Origin: an uncultured archaeon
Lineage (GTDB): Archaea; Aenigmatarchaeota; Aenigmatarchaeia; QMZP01
Assembly: GCA_964555875.1 (NCBI GenBank)
Contig: CAZKUD010000004.1
Location: 3,580-67,579, forward strand
DNA length: 64,000 bases
Direction of reading: 5' to 3'
The notes beneath the pieces were generated by a model. That model ran no database searches and was not told the origin of the DNA. It saw nothing but the letters and a program-made list of their open reading frames with translations. Below are positions 26,817-35,269 of this stretch, piece by piece (positions within the stretch are counted from its first letter, which is position 1; each line of letters begins with the position of its first letter). The position numbers and the translations under genes are program-made.

Positions 26817-26946
26817 AAAGAAGGACGGGAAGGAGGCCAAATCCACTTACATGTGCGCTGTTTGCGGGCACATATCGATAGGCAGGATACCTGTCAAGTG
26901 CCCTGGATGCGGCGCAGGAAAGGAGAACTTCCAGAAGGTAGCATGA
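26809..26946 (+). CDS. Zinc-ribbon micro-protein (46 aa; MAEKKDGKEAKSTYMCAVCGHISIGRIPVKCPGCGAGKENFQKVA), translationally coupled to nadK by an ATGA overlap
   Basis: CxxC-x13-CxxC. Starts 8 nt before the ATPase stop. Not in the ORF track (under 60 aa). Confidence 0.45.
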   Translation: MAEKKDGKEAKSTYMCAVCGHISIGRIPVKCPGCGAGKENFQKVA

Positions 26947-27644
26947 AAGTCGCGGTGGTCAGCTGGAACAAAAGGCTCATAGAGAGGGAGCTGAAGAAGG
27001 CGGGCCTCACCATAACCGATAGCAAGCCTGATGTAGCGGTCTGCGTCGGCGGGGAGGGCACGTTCCTTTTCGGGGAACAGAAGTATCCGGGGGTCCCCAA
27101 GCTGCTCCTCTACCACCACTGCAGTGGCTGCAAGTCGCACGATTACGGGGACATCCTGAAGAAGCTGGAGGGAGGCATGTACAGCACAGGGGAGAAGGTG
27201 AAGATAGAGGGCGCAGTGAACGGGAAGAAGTCCAGGAAGCTGGTGGCCCTCAATGACATAAGCGTGCATTTCAGCCCCCCCTGCGCCCTGGGCATAAACG
27301 TATCGGTCAACGGGAGCCCGATAGCGCAGAACCTGATAGGCGACGGCGTGGTGGTCTCGACGCCATACGGCTCAACAGCCTACTTCCATTCCATAACCCG
27401 CAAGGATTTCAAGAACGGGATAGGGATAGCCTTCAACAACCCCGTCAGTAGGACCGGCAGCGTGGTGGTCCCTGAGACCTCCGTGATAGACGTGGAGGTG
27501 ATGAAGGGCGAGGGCTACATGTCAGCAGACTGCAACAGGAAGGTCTTCCCCCTGAAGAAGGGCGACAGGGTCACGGTAAGAAGGTTCCCTGAGCCCGCCA
27601 GGATAATCAGGCTGAAGGGCCACGAAGAGAAGATAGAGCTCTGA
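26943..27644 (+). CDS. nadK: NAD+ kinase
   Basis: GGEGT (GGDGT variant), NDxxV, DGVVVSTPYGSTAY motifs. The ORF track extends upstream to 26853 in the same frame. Confidence 0.85.
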   Translation: MKVAVVSWNKRLIERELKKAGLTITDSKPDVAVCVGGEGTFLFGEQKYPGVPKLLLYHHCSGCKSHDYGDILKKLEGGMYSTGEKVKIEGAVNGKKSRKLVALNDISVHFSPPCALGINVSVNGSPIAQNLIGDGVVVSTPYGSTAYFHSITRKDFKNGIGIAFNNPVSRTGSVVVPETSVIDVEVMKGEGYMSADCNRKVFPLKKGDRVTVRRFPEPARIIRLKGHEEKIEL

Positions 27645-27692
27645 GCAACCGGCCTCAGCAAGCCTTAAGAATTCTCCTTCTCTACTTCATTT

Positions 27693-28670
27693 ATGTACAG
27701 GTGCAGGAACTTCAGGATGCTGCTGCCTGACTCTGAAGAGGTCAGGCTGTACGGGAGCCAGGACATAGTGATAGAGGAGGGCCGGCCCATGGCCAGGACC
27801 GTCCAGGACGTCGACCTCTACATGAGGATGGAAGAGGCCTGGTGCAGGCTGTTCAGGGATGCTGTTAAAAACGACAGGAACCTCTTCGCAGGCCCCCAGT
27901 ACAGGCTCAGCTCATACGGACTGTTGCCTGATGGAAAGCTCCTGCTCAGGCTCGGGCCGACAGACTACAGGGAGTTCGTGGGAACCAACATGGAAGCAGG
28001 CAAGGATCCTGAGTATATGAAGGCTCTCATTGAGAGAGGCATGCTGAGACTGCAAGATGAGAACGCGTTCTTTTCCAATACCATGGCAATATGCTCTGCC
28101 ATAGAGACATCAGACGGGAAGGTGGTTGCCGGCCTGAGGGGGGACAGGACGCGTGTGGCAGAGTACGGAAGGGCATGGCACACCATAGGGGGGCACCCGA
28201 ACCCTTCCCGTTTTGCTCCCACAAGGGCAGACCTCATCGATGCAATGACAAGGGAGATAACAGGCGAACTTCTGATAGAGGAGGAGGACATAACAGATAT
28301 CAGGGCTGCCGGCCTGGTCAGGAACGGATACACAAGGAAGCCTGAGCTGCTATTCACATCCAGGATAGGCCTTCCTTTCAGCGCCATAAAGGAGAGCAGG
28401 ATAGCTGACGGAAAGGACGAGCACTTCATGTTCTTCGGCCTGGACGGGCCAGAGGAGCTTGCTGACTTCCTCAGGAAGAACCAGGCCAACTTCACGTTCC
28501 CGGAGGGCGCAAGGCTGACGGACGAGGAAAGGGCCATAATGACGCCGGATGGCCTCGCAGACAACACGAGCAACCACTTCTGCCCCCCGGGGGAGGCGTG
28601 CTGGACTGTATATCTCATGCAGAAGGGTATGGACATACGAAGGGAACTCCCTCACCTGGAGCCTGTCTGA
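27693..28670 (+). CDS. Hypothetical protein, possibly a divergent NUDIX-like fold
   Basis: Segment WHTIGGHPNPSRFAPTRADLIDAMTREITGELLIEEED weakly resembles a Nudix box. Low confidence. Confidence 0.4.
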   Translation: MYRCRNFRMLLPDSEEVRLYGSQDIVIEEGRPMARTVQDVDLYMRMEEAWCRLFRDAVKNDRNLFAGPQYRLSSYGLLPDGKLLLRLGPTDYREFVGTNMEAGKDPEYMKALIERGMLRLQDENAFFSNTMAICSAIETSDGKVVAGLRGDRTRVAEYGRAWHTIGGHPNPSRFAPTRADLIDAMTREITGELLIEEEDITDIRAAGLVRNGYTRKPELLFTSRIGLPFSAIKESRIADGKDEHFMFFGLDGPEELADFLRKNQANFTFPEGARLTDEERAIMTPDGLADNTSNHFCPPGEACWTVYLMQKGMDIRRELPHLEPV

Positions 28671-30136
28671 TTCGCCCTGTAAACGACCACCGCCTCGGGC
28701 TCGCCCCACTGCCCCCAGGACTTCACCTTCTCGAACTCCCTGTCGAAGTACGCTATCGTCCTGGCAGGGTTCATGAGCTCGAACTTGTATGAGAGCACGT
28801 AGGTTATGTTGTGCTTCTCCAGCAGCGGCAGGACAGCAGTAGCCTCCCATGTCCTGGCTATTATCTGGGCCTGGCACGCCTCCCAGGCATCGTTGACGAT
28901 GTAGTTCTCGCAGTACGGCACGGCCTTCCTGCCCACCAGGTACACGTAAGGGTAGGACTGCGTAAGTACGCTCTCTCCGGGCCCTGTCTTTCCCTCCAGG
29001 AAAAGGGCCGCCTGGTAGAGCCCTGACGCAGAGTCCCTGTCCTCCCATGCCATGGACAGGCCGTATGCTAGGCTGGTGACAGAGAGCACGCATACGGCAG
29101 CCACCGCCAGCTTCTTCCAACGGCCGTTCAGCATGGCCTCCCTTGCGCCCAGGCCGGCAAGCAGGGCATATGCGGGGAAGAACGAGAGCAGGTACCTGGG
29201 CTCCTTATGGCCGGACCCCAGGAAGAATGCCAGTGATATTACCAGTACCAGGACCGAAACCATCAGGGCAGGGTTCCTCCTCCTGCGCTTTGAGTGCAGG
29301 ACGAAAAGCCCGAATGCCAGGAAGACCCAGGCGTAGTTGAGGGACGAAGCAAGCATATGGAGGCCCTCCAGAAGGGTCTGTGCGAACGAGAAGGTCCAGA
29401 TGTTGAAGTTGGTTACGAAGGCCCCCACAGGGTTCCCGTAATAGGCCTGGCCTATCCAGAACCAGGGGATTAGCGACAGGATGAACCCTGACAGCAGGGC
29501 GGCGAGGGGCCTGAATTCAGGCATCCTCTTCCTGGCAAGGGGAGAAAGGAAGTAGACGATGTAGGCGAGCACCAGGACGTAAGCCAGGTACCTCGTCATG
29601 AAAGCTGCCCCTGCAAGGGCCCCGCAGAGGAACAGGTCCTTCTTGTCCCTGCCCCTGGACCAACTGGAGAACATAATCATCGAATGGGAGAACAGGACAA
29701 TGAATATGGGCTCTGACATTATCTTGGAGCTGAAGAAGACGAACAGGTGGGACGTGGCTGTGAAGGCAGCGGCAAACAGGGCCCCGGTTTCCCCCAGGGC
29801 GTCCCTCCCCAGCCTGTAGACGGCCAGCACTGAAAATATCGATATCAGCGCAACGAAGCACCTGGCATAATCGGCTGACCAGTAAAAGGATGATATCACC
29901 AGCGGCGTGACAGGGGGCCTGAAGCTCTCCAGGGGGACGCCGGGCTCAAGGGTGTACTGGTAGGATGAGAGGGCCCTTCCCAGCCCCAGGTAGACCGCCT
30001 CGTCCCACCAGAGCCCACCTGACTGGGATATGACGTAAAGCCTGCCTGCAAGCGATGCCAGCACCACGAGCGCCAGGAGCGCCCCCCACCGGGAAAGTTT
30101 CATGTATTTATTTTCTCCTGCCGAAATAATAAGCAT
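28652..30136 (-). CDS. GT-C fold glycosyltransferase (GT39/GT83, ArnT/PMT-like), polytopic membrane protein
   Basis: More than ten TM helices, first-loop DE motif LWWDEAVY, large C-terminal soluble domain. Confidence 0.7.
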   Translation of the reverse strand: MLIISAGENKYMKLSRWGALLALVVLASLAGRLYVISQSGGLWWDEAVYLGLGRALSSYQYTLEPGVPLESFRPPVTPLVISSFYWSADYARCFVALISIFSVLAVYRLGRDALGETGALFAAAFTATSHLFVFFSSKIMSEPIFIVLFSHSMIMFSSWSRGRDKKDLFLCGALAGAAFMTRYLAYVLVLAYIVYFLSPLARKRMPEFRPLAALLSGFILSLIPWFWIGQAYYGNPVGAFVTNFNIWTFSFAQTLLEGLHMLASSLNYAWVFLAFGLFVLHSKRRRRNPALMVSVLVLVISLAFFLGSGHKEPRYLLSFFPAYALLAGLGAREAMLNGRWKKLAVAAVCVLSVTSLAYGLSMAWEDRDSASGLYQAALFLEGKTGPGESVLTQSYPYVYLVGRKAVPYCENYIVNDAWEACQAQIIARTWEATAVLPLLEKHNITYVLSYKFELMNPARTIAYFDREFEKVKSWGQWGEPEAVVVYRANQTGSR

Positions 30137-31376
30137 GCTATGGACTACTATCCTTAACTATCTCGCCTGGTACATATTCGTGTTCCTGGGCGTGATGTGG
30201 ATACTGGTGCTCTTCCAGAACAAGGGGAAGGTCAAGGGGAAGGTGCCCAGCCCCTCCAGGCTGCCTCCGGTCTCGGTCATACTGCCTGCGTACAACGAGG
30301 AGAAGACCCTCGCCAAGAGCATAAGGTCGATACTCAGCCTGGACTACCCCAGGAGGCTCCTGGACATAATAGTCGTCAATGACTGCTCCACTGACAGGAC
30401 CGGGGAGATTGCCGAGTCCTTCAGGAAGGAGGGCGTGAGGGTGCTCCACAACAAGAGGAACGTGGGCAAGGCGGCCGGCCTGAACAGGGGGATAGCGGCC
30501 GCCAAGCACGAGCTGATAGCGACAGTGGACGCGGACTCCATAGTGGAGCCGCCCATCATAAGGAAGATGGTCGGCTACTTCAGCGACCCGGGGGTCGCCT
30601 CGGTCACCCCTGCCCTGAAGGTCTGGAAGCACGGGGGCATGCTGGAGAAGATGCAGCACGCGGAGTACCTGCTGAACGTGTTCCTGAGGAAGATACTCTC
30701 CTTCCTGGACTCCATACACGTGACCCCCGGGGTGTTCTCCATGTACAGGAAGAGTGTGCTGAAGGAGATAGGGGGCTTCGATGAGGGCAACCTGACAGAG
30801 GACCTGGAGGTGGCCCTCAACATACACAGGCACGGGTACAGGATAGAGAACAACCTGGACGCCTGCTCTTACACGCTCTGCCCGAGGAAATGGAGGCAGC
30901 TGTTCAGGCAGAGGATTAGGTGGTACAGGGGCGCGATACAGAACACCATCAAGCACCGTCATCTGTTTTTCAACCCCAGGTTCGGGAACCTCGGGATGTT
31001 CTTCCTTCCGGCGAACATAATCTCTGTGGTGGCGATAATAGCGCTGTTCTTCGTCATGGCCTGGAACTGGATGAGCACGACTGCCGACTATGTCTGGAAG
31101 ATGTCGATGATAAACTGGGACTTCTCGGTGTACATGGGCTCATTGGACCTGATGTCCATGTTCTCGAATGCGATTTCCACGCCCATGCTCTTCGCCCTCA
31201 TCGGGCTGGTCCTGGGTGGCTACGTCCTGTACGTGAGCTTCAAGGTGTGCGACTCCAGGGTCAGGCACAACAAGCTGGGCTACCTGCTCTACCTGGTCCT
31301 GTTCCCGATGGTCATGATGGCCTTCTGGACGCTCGCCTTCCTGTACGAGGTCGTCGGCGCGAAGAAGAACTGGTGA
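30102..31376 (+). CDS. Family 2 glycosyltransferase, membrane-integrated (processive-type motifs)
   Basis: LPAYNEE, DXD (VDADS), QRIRWYRG (QxxRW). TM helices at both ends. Confidence 0.8.
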   Translation: MYLFSPAEIISMLWTTILNYLAWYIFVFLGVMWILVLFQNKGKVKGKVPSPSRLPPVSVILPAYNEEKTLAKSIRSILSLDYPRRLLDIIVVNDCSTDRTGEIAESFRKEGVRVLHNKRNVGKAAGLNRGIAAAKHELIATVDADSIVEPPIIRKMVGYFSDPGVASVTPALKVWKHGGMLEKMQHAEYLLNVFLRKILSFLDSIHVTPGVFSMYRKSVLKEIGGFDEGNLTEDLEVALNIHRHGYRIENNLDACSYTLCPRKWRQLFRQRIRWYRGAIQNTIKHRHLFFNPRFGNLGMFFLPANIISVVAIIALFFVMAWNWMSTTADYVWKMSMINWDFSVYMGSLDLMSMFSNAISTPMLFALIGLVLGGYVLYVSFKVCDSRVRHNKLGYLLYLVLFPMVMMAFWTLAFLYEVVGAKKNW

Positions 31377-31458
31377 GGCCTTTGCGGGCTTCGCCCCCCA
31401 CTTCGCAAAAAAGGTTTCAAACAAACAACTTTTTATTCCGGGGAGACAATCTTAATCT

Positions 31459-32124
31459 ATGGCCAGGAAGCAGCTGAACGCAGGCACCATAATATCAGCC
31501 CTGATAATATCGGCGGTCATATTCTGCGGAGGCATGATGCTGGGATTCAGCATCAACAAGGAGAGGCTCGTCACCATAGAGGATGAGATGAGGGAGGTAA
31601 CCAGGCACGTGCAGAACTTCCAGCTCCAGTTCCTGTTCTTCGACGTCCTGGGAGACAGCGCGACCTGCCCCCTCCTGGGCGCGACCCTGGCTGACATAAA
31701 CAAGGCCTCATACGAGATAGGGGCCAAGCTCACCACACAGGGTGAGGAGGGCCAGGTGCAGGACTATGACACTTACGTGAGCCTGAAGAACGAATACTCC
31801 AGGCTGCTCGTGAGCTACTGGCTGCTGACACAGAAGCTCCAGGAGACGTGCGAGATGGACGCCAAGACCGTCATATACTTCTACAGGAAGGAGTGCGCAA
31901 GGTGCGACGACCAGGGGTTCATACTGACTTACCTCAAGAAGAAGTACGGGGAAAGGCTGCTGATATTCGCCCTGGACGCGGACCTGAGCGACGCGTCGGT
32001 GCAGACCCTGGTCAACTACTACAATGTGGAGGAGTACCCTGCCCTCATAATAGACGGGGAGCTGCATGAGGGCTTCCTTTCAGAGGCGCAGATGAAGGGC
32101 ATGATGGGGCTCAACGGGCTGTGA
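31459..32124 (+). CDS. Membrane-anchored thioredoxin-like protein (CxxC)
   Basis: N-terminal TM helix. FYRKECARCDDQG resembles a Trx-fold active site. Confidence 0.5.
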   Translation: MARKQLNAGTIISALIISAVIFCGGMMLGFSINKERLVTIEDEMREVTRHVQNFQLQFLFFDVLGDSATCPLLGATLADINKASYEIGAKLTTQGEEGQVQDYDTYVSLKNEYSRLLVSYWLLTQKLQETCEMDAKTVIYFYRKECARCDDQGFILTYLKKKYGERLLIFALDADLSDASVQTLVNYYNVEEYPALIIDGELHEGFLSEAQMKGMMGLNGL

Positions 32125-32534
32125 TTATGAGGCATTTTTTGGGCAGGCACAAGGGGCGCTTCACCAGGTTCTGCGTGGTGGGCCTTTCAGGCGTGCTGGT
32201 CAACGAAGGGCTGCTCTGGCTGTTCACGGACATGCTGGGCATATTCTTCCTGCTGTCCTCCCTTGTGGCGATAGAGATATCCATCCTTACCAACTTCACC
32301 CTCAACGAGCTCTGGACATTCAGGGACATGAGGGGCGGGCGGGAGGTCTACACCAGGATGTACCTCTACAACCTGGTCGCCCTGGGCGGGCTGGTGATAA
32401 ACCTCTTTGTTTTGTACGCCCTCACCACCACAGGCATGCACTACCTGATAGCCAACCTGTTCGGCATAGCCGCGGCTGTCCTCTGGAACTACTTCGTGAA
32501 CTACAGGTGGACCTGGCTGGGGGAAAACACTTAA
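32121..32534 (+). CDS. GtrA-family membrane protein (glycolipid translocation / GtrA-like)
   Basis: 137 aa, four TM helices, RF..VG N-terminal pattern, WNYFVNYRWTW C-terminus. Confidence 0.7.
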   Translation: MIMRHFLGRHKGRFTRFCVVGLSGVLVNEGLLWLFTDMLGIFFLLSSLVAIEISILTNFTLNELWTFRDMRGGREVYTRMYLYNLVALGGLVINLFVLYALTTTGMHYLIANLFGIAAAVLWNYFVNYRWTWLGENT

Positions 32535-32556
32535 GACCGACTTCTTAAGATAAAGC

Positions 32557-32883
32557 ATGGCCAAACTGAAGCTAGCTGCGGTGTTCAACAATGAGGAAGA
32601 GAACTACTTCAAGATAAAGGTAGCGGACAGCAGGAGCAAGAAATACATAATGAGCCTTAACAAGTTCCTGGAAGACCTCGGCATAAAGAGCTACCTGGGA
32701 AAGCAGTGCGATGAATGCAGCGAGAAGCACAAGGACTGGGTGGGCATGCACCAGTTCTTCAGGAGCATGAAGCATGTCGTGCACATAGTGTGGGGGGAGA
32801 AGTTCATAGCAGTATTGGTCAAGTGCGCCCCGAAGGACAGACAGGCTATGGTGGACACTCTGGAAAAGCACTTCGACTTCTGA
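32557..32883 (+). CDS. Hypothetical protein (108 aa)
   Basis: Clean ORF upstream of metG. Confidence 0.45.
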   Translation: MAKLKLAAVFNNEEENYFKIKVADSRSKKYIMSLNKFLEDLGIKSYLGKQCDECSEKHKDWVGMHQFFRSMKHVVHIVWGEKFIAVLVKCAPKDRQAMVDTLEKHFDF

Positions 32884-32922
32884 GCAAACTTTAAATTGAA
32901 CGGAGTGCAACGTTTCTAATAG

Positions 32923-35067
32923 GTGGTTGGGATAGCCGGTAAGTTTTACATCACGACAGCCATTGACTACGTCAATGCGAAGCCGCACCTTGGGCATGCG
33001 TACGAGAAGCTGGCAGCTGACACGATAGCCAGGTGGCACAGGCTTAAGGGGGAGGACGTGCTCTTCCTGACAGGGACAGACGAGAACGCCCAGAAGAACG
33101 TGCAGGCTGCAGAGAAGGCAGGCAAGCCTGTCAAGGAGTTCATAGACGATGTCGTGAAGAACTTCCTGAACCTGTGCAGGGTGTACAACATCTCATATGA
33201 CGATTTCATCAGGACCACAGAGGACAGGCACCACCAGGTGACCAGGTCCCTCTTCCAGAAGATGCACGACAGCGGGGACATCTACAGGGGGCATTATGAG
33301 GGCATATACTGCTACGGCTGCGAGGCCTTCTACCTGGAGAAGGACCTGAAGGGCGGATGCTGCCCTGTGCATAAGACCAAGCCTGTGGTCATAAAGGAGG
33401 AGGCGTACTTCTTCAAGCTGAGCAAGTACGAGAAGAGGCTGCTGGACTTCTACAGGAAGCTGCCTGACAACGTGCTTCCGAAGAGCAGGAAGAACGAGAT
33501 GCTGAACAGGATAGGAGAGGGCCTGAGGGACCTCTGCGTGAGCAGGCAGAAGGTGGAATGGGGGGTGAAGGTGCCTTTCGATGAGAACCACAGGGTGTAC
33601 GTCTGGTTCGATGCCCTCATCAACTACATATCAGCACTGGGGTGGCCTAAAGGGGAGAGGTTCAGGAAGTACTGGCCGGCTGACATACACATGATAGGCA
33701 CCGATATCAACTGGTTCCATTCCGTCATATGGCCCGCCATGCTGATGTCGGCGGGGATAGAGCCCCCTAAAACAGTGTTCGTGCACGGCATGATTACGTC
33801 AGAAGGCGAGAAGCTAAGCAAGACCAGGGGCATAATAGTGGACCCATTCGACCTGGTCGAAAGGTATGGGCTGGACCAGGTGCGTTACTTCCTCCTAAGG
33901 GCAGGCCCGTTCGGCGAGGAGATAGACTACACTGAAGAGGCGATAGTGGGCAGGATAAACGGCGAGCTTGTGGCCGACTTGGGCAACCTACTGAACAGGG
34001 CCGTGACACTGGCAGAGAAATACAAGGGAGAGATAAAGGGCAAGCCTGAGCTGGACAGCGGCCTGGGACTTGAGAAGCTCTCCCTCCACATGGACAGGCT
34101 CGAGCTGCACCATGCGCTGGAGGAGCTCTGGAGGTACATGGGCATCTGCAACAAGTACATCAACGACAGGGAGCCCTGGAAGCTGGAAGGGGATGAGCTC
34201 TCGAACGTGCTCTACAACCTGCTCGAGGCCCTGAGATGCATAGCGATTCTCATAACCCCCTTCATGCCAGGGACAGCCGGGAAGATGAACGAACAGCTTG
34301 GGGTGAAGCCGGGCAAGCTGGCTGACTGCAAGTTTGGGCCCTGGGAGGGCAGTGTCAGGAAGGGCGGGCACCTGTTCGAGAAGGTCGAGTTCAAGAAGAA
34401 GGAAGGGAAGGCGAAGGAGATATCGGTCAACGTCACCCCTGAGGCCCAGAAGCTCGGGATAAAGGTCAGGGCAGCCGTAATAACGGGCGTGAAGGTGAAG
34501 AGGAAGCAGTCAAGCCTGGAGAAGCTCAAGAAGGACGAGGTGGGGCTGACAGACCTGGACGCCATAGGGAAATCCAAGGAGATCGAGGGCTACAGGCTGC
34601 TTTACGAGAAGGTCGGGGCCAAGGTGGAGAATCCGGTTGCCCACCTTGCCGGCATAGTCAAGAAGGCAGGCAAGCTGCCCACCATCAACACTGTGGTCGA
34701 TTCCTATAATATAGTGGCCCTCAGGAAGCGCCTGTCAGTGGGTGCCCATGACCTGGACAGGATACAGGGCAACGTCAATTTCAAGATAACCGACGGCAAG
34801 GAGTCCTGGACTCCCCTGGGGGAGGACAGGCCAAAGGCTGTCCCGGAAGGCGAGTATGCCTGCGTGGACCAGGCCAAGGTGCTGTGCAGGATGGACATCA
34901 AGCAGGGAGACCAGACCAAGATAACCGACAGGACGAAGAACATATTTGTCTATGTCCAGGGCAACCCCAACACGCCTGACGACTATCTCAAGCAGGCCCT
35001 GGAGGAGATAATAACCAACATCACCCGGTTCTGCGGCGGGAAGGCCGTGATTTCTGAGCCTATATAA
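32923..35067 (+). CDS. metG: Methionyl-tRNA synthetase with a C-terminal B3/4-like domain
   Basis: HIGH (KPHLGHAYE) and KMSKS (KLSKTRG) motifs, MetRS zinc knuckle CYGCEAF...CCPVH. C-terminal 200 aa (INTVVDSYNIVALRKRLSVGAHDLDRIQGNVNF...) resembles the PheT B3/4 domain rather than the usual EMAP-like tRNA-binding domain. Confidence 0.85.
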   Translation: MVGIAGKFYITTAIDYVNAKPHLGHAYEKLAADTIARWHRLKGEDVLFLTGTDENAQKNVQAAEKAGKPVKEFIDDVVKNFLNLCRVYNISYDDFIRTTEDRHHQVTRSLFQKMHDSGDIYRGHYEGIYCYGCEAFYLEKDLKGGCCPVHKTKPVVIKEEAYFFKLSKYEKRLLDFYRKLPDNVLPKSRKNEMLNRIGEGLRDLCVSRQKVEWGVKVPFDENHRVYVWFDALINYISALGWPKGERFRKYWPADIHMIGTDINWFHSVIWPAMLMSAGIEPPKTVFVHGMITSEGEKLSKTRGIIVDPFDLVERYGLDQVRYFLLRAGPFGEEIDYTEEAIVGRINGELVADLGNLLNRAVTLAEKYKGEIKGKPELDSGLGLEKLSLHMDRLELHHALEELWRYMGICNKYINDREPWKLEGDELSNVLYNLLEALRCIAILITPFMPGTAGKMNEQLGVKPGKLADCKFGPWEGSVRKGGHLFEKVEFKKKEGKAKEISVNVTPEAQKLGIKVRAAVITGVKVKRKQSSLEKLKKDEVGLTDLDAIGKSKEIEGYRLLYEKVGAKVENPVAHLAGIVKKAGKLPTINTVVDSYNIVALRKRLSVGAHDLDRIQGNVNFKITDGKESWTPLGEDRPKAVPEGEYACVDQAKVLCRMDIKQGDQTKITDRTKNIFVYVQGNPNTPDDYLKQALEEIITNITRFCGGKAVISEPI

Positions 35068-35080
35068 GTATTTTGGTGAT

Positions 35081-35229
35081 TCAGTATATATTGTGTAGAA
35101 TATAGATTGGGAATACTATTTTGTAGGACACATACACTTATATAGGCGCTCAGACTAATTACATATTGCGCTTGTCATACTATATATTGTGTGCCAGACA
35201 CGAGAAATACACAATTTCCTTGTATTTCC
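35081..35229 (+). promoter_or_regulatory. nrdD upstream control region: two NrdR-box-like palindromes (TCAGTATATATTGTGT 35081-35096; ATACTATATATTGTGT 35177-35192; centres 96 bp apart) plus inverted repeat GAAATACAC-N9-GTGTATTTC-like at 35203-35229
   Basis: Match to the bacterial NrdR-box consensus acaCwAtATaTwGtgt (15/16 and 13/16). AT-rich 200-bp leader. SD GGGAGGGAG 7 nt before the ATG. Confidence 0.4.
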
Positions 35230-35269
35230 GTGTTACTGGCCAGTGACAAAGGCATGGGAGGGAGATGAT

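Noticed and set aside
35131-35146. Third NrdR-box candidate ACACTTATATAGG between the two better boxes
   Set aside because: It is only a half-site match and is not phased at a multiple of about 32 bp from the others, so it is not counted as a box.
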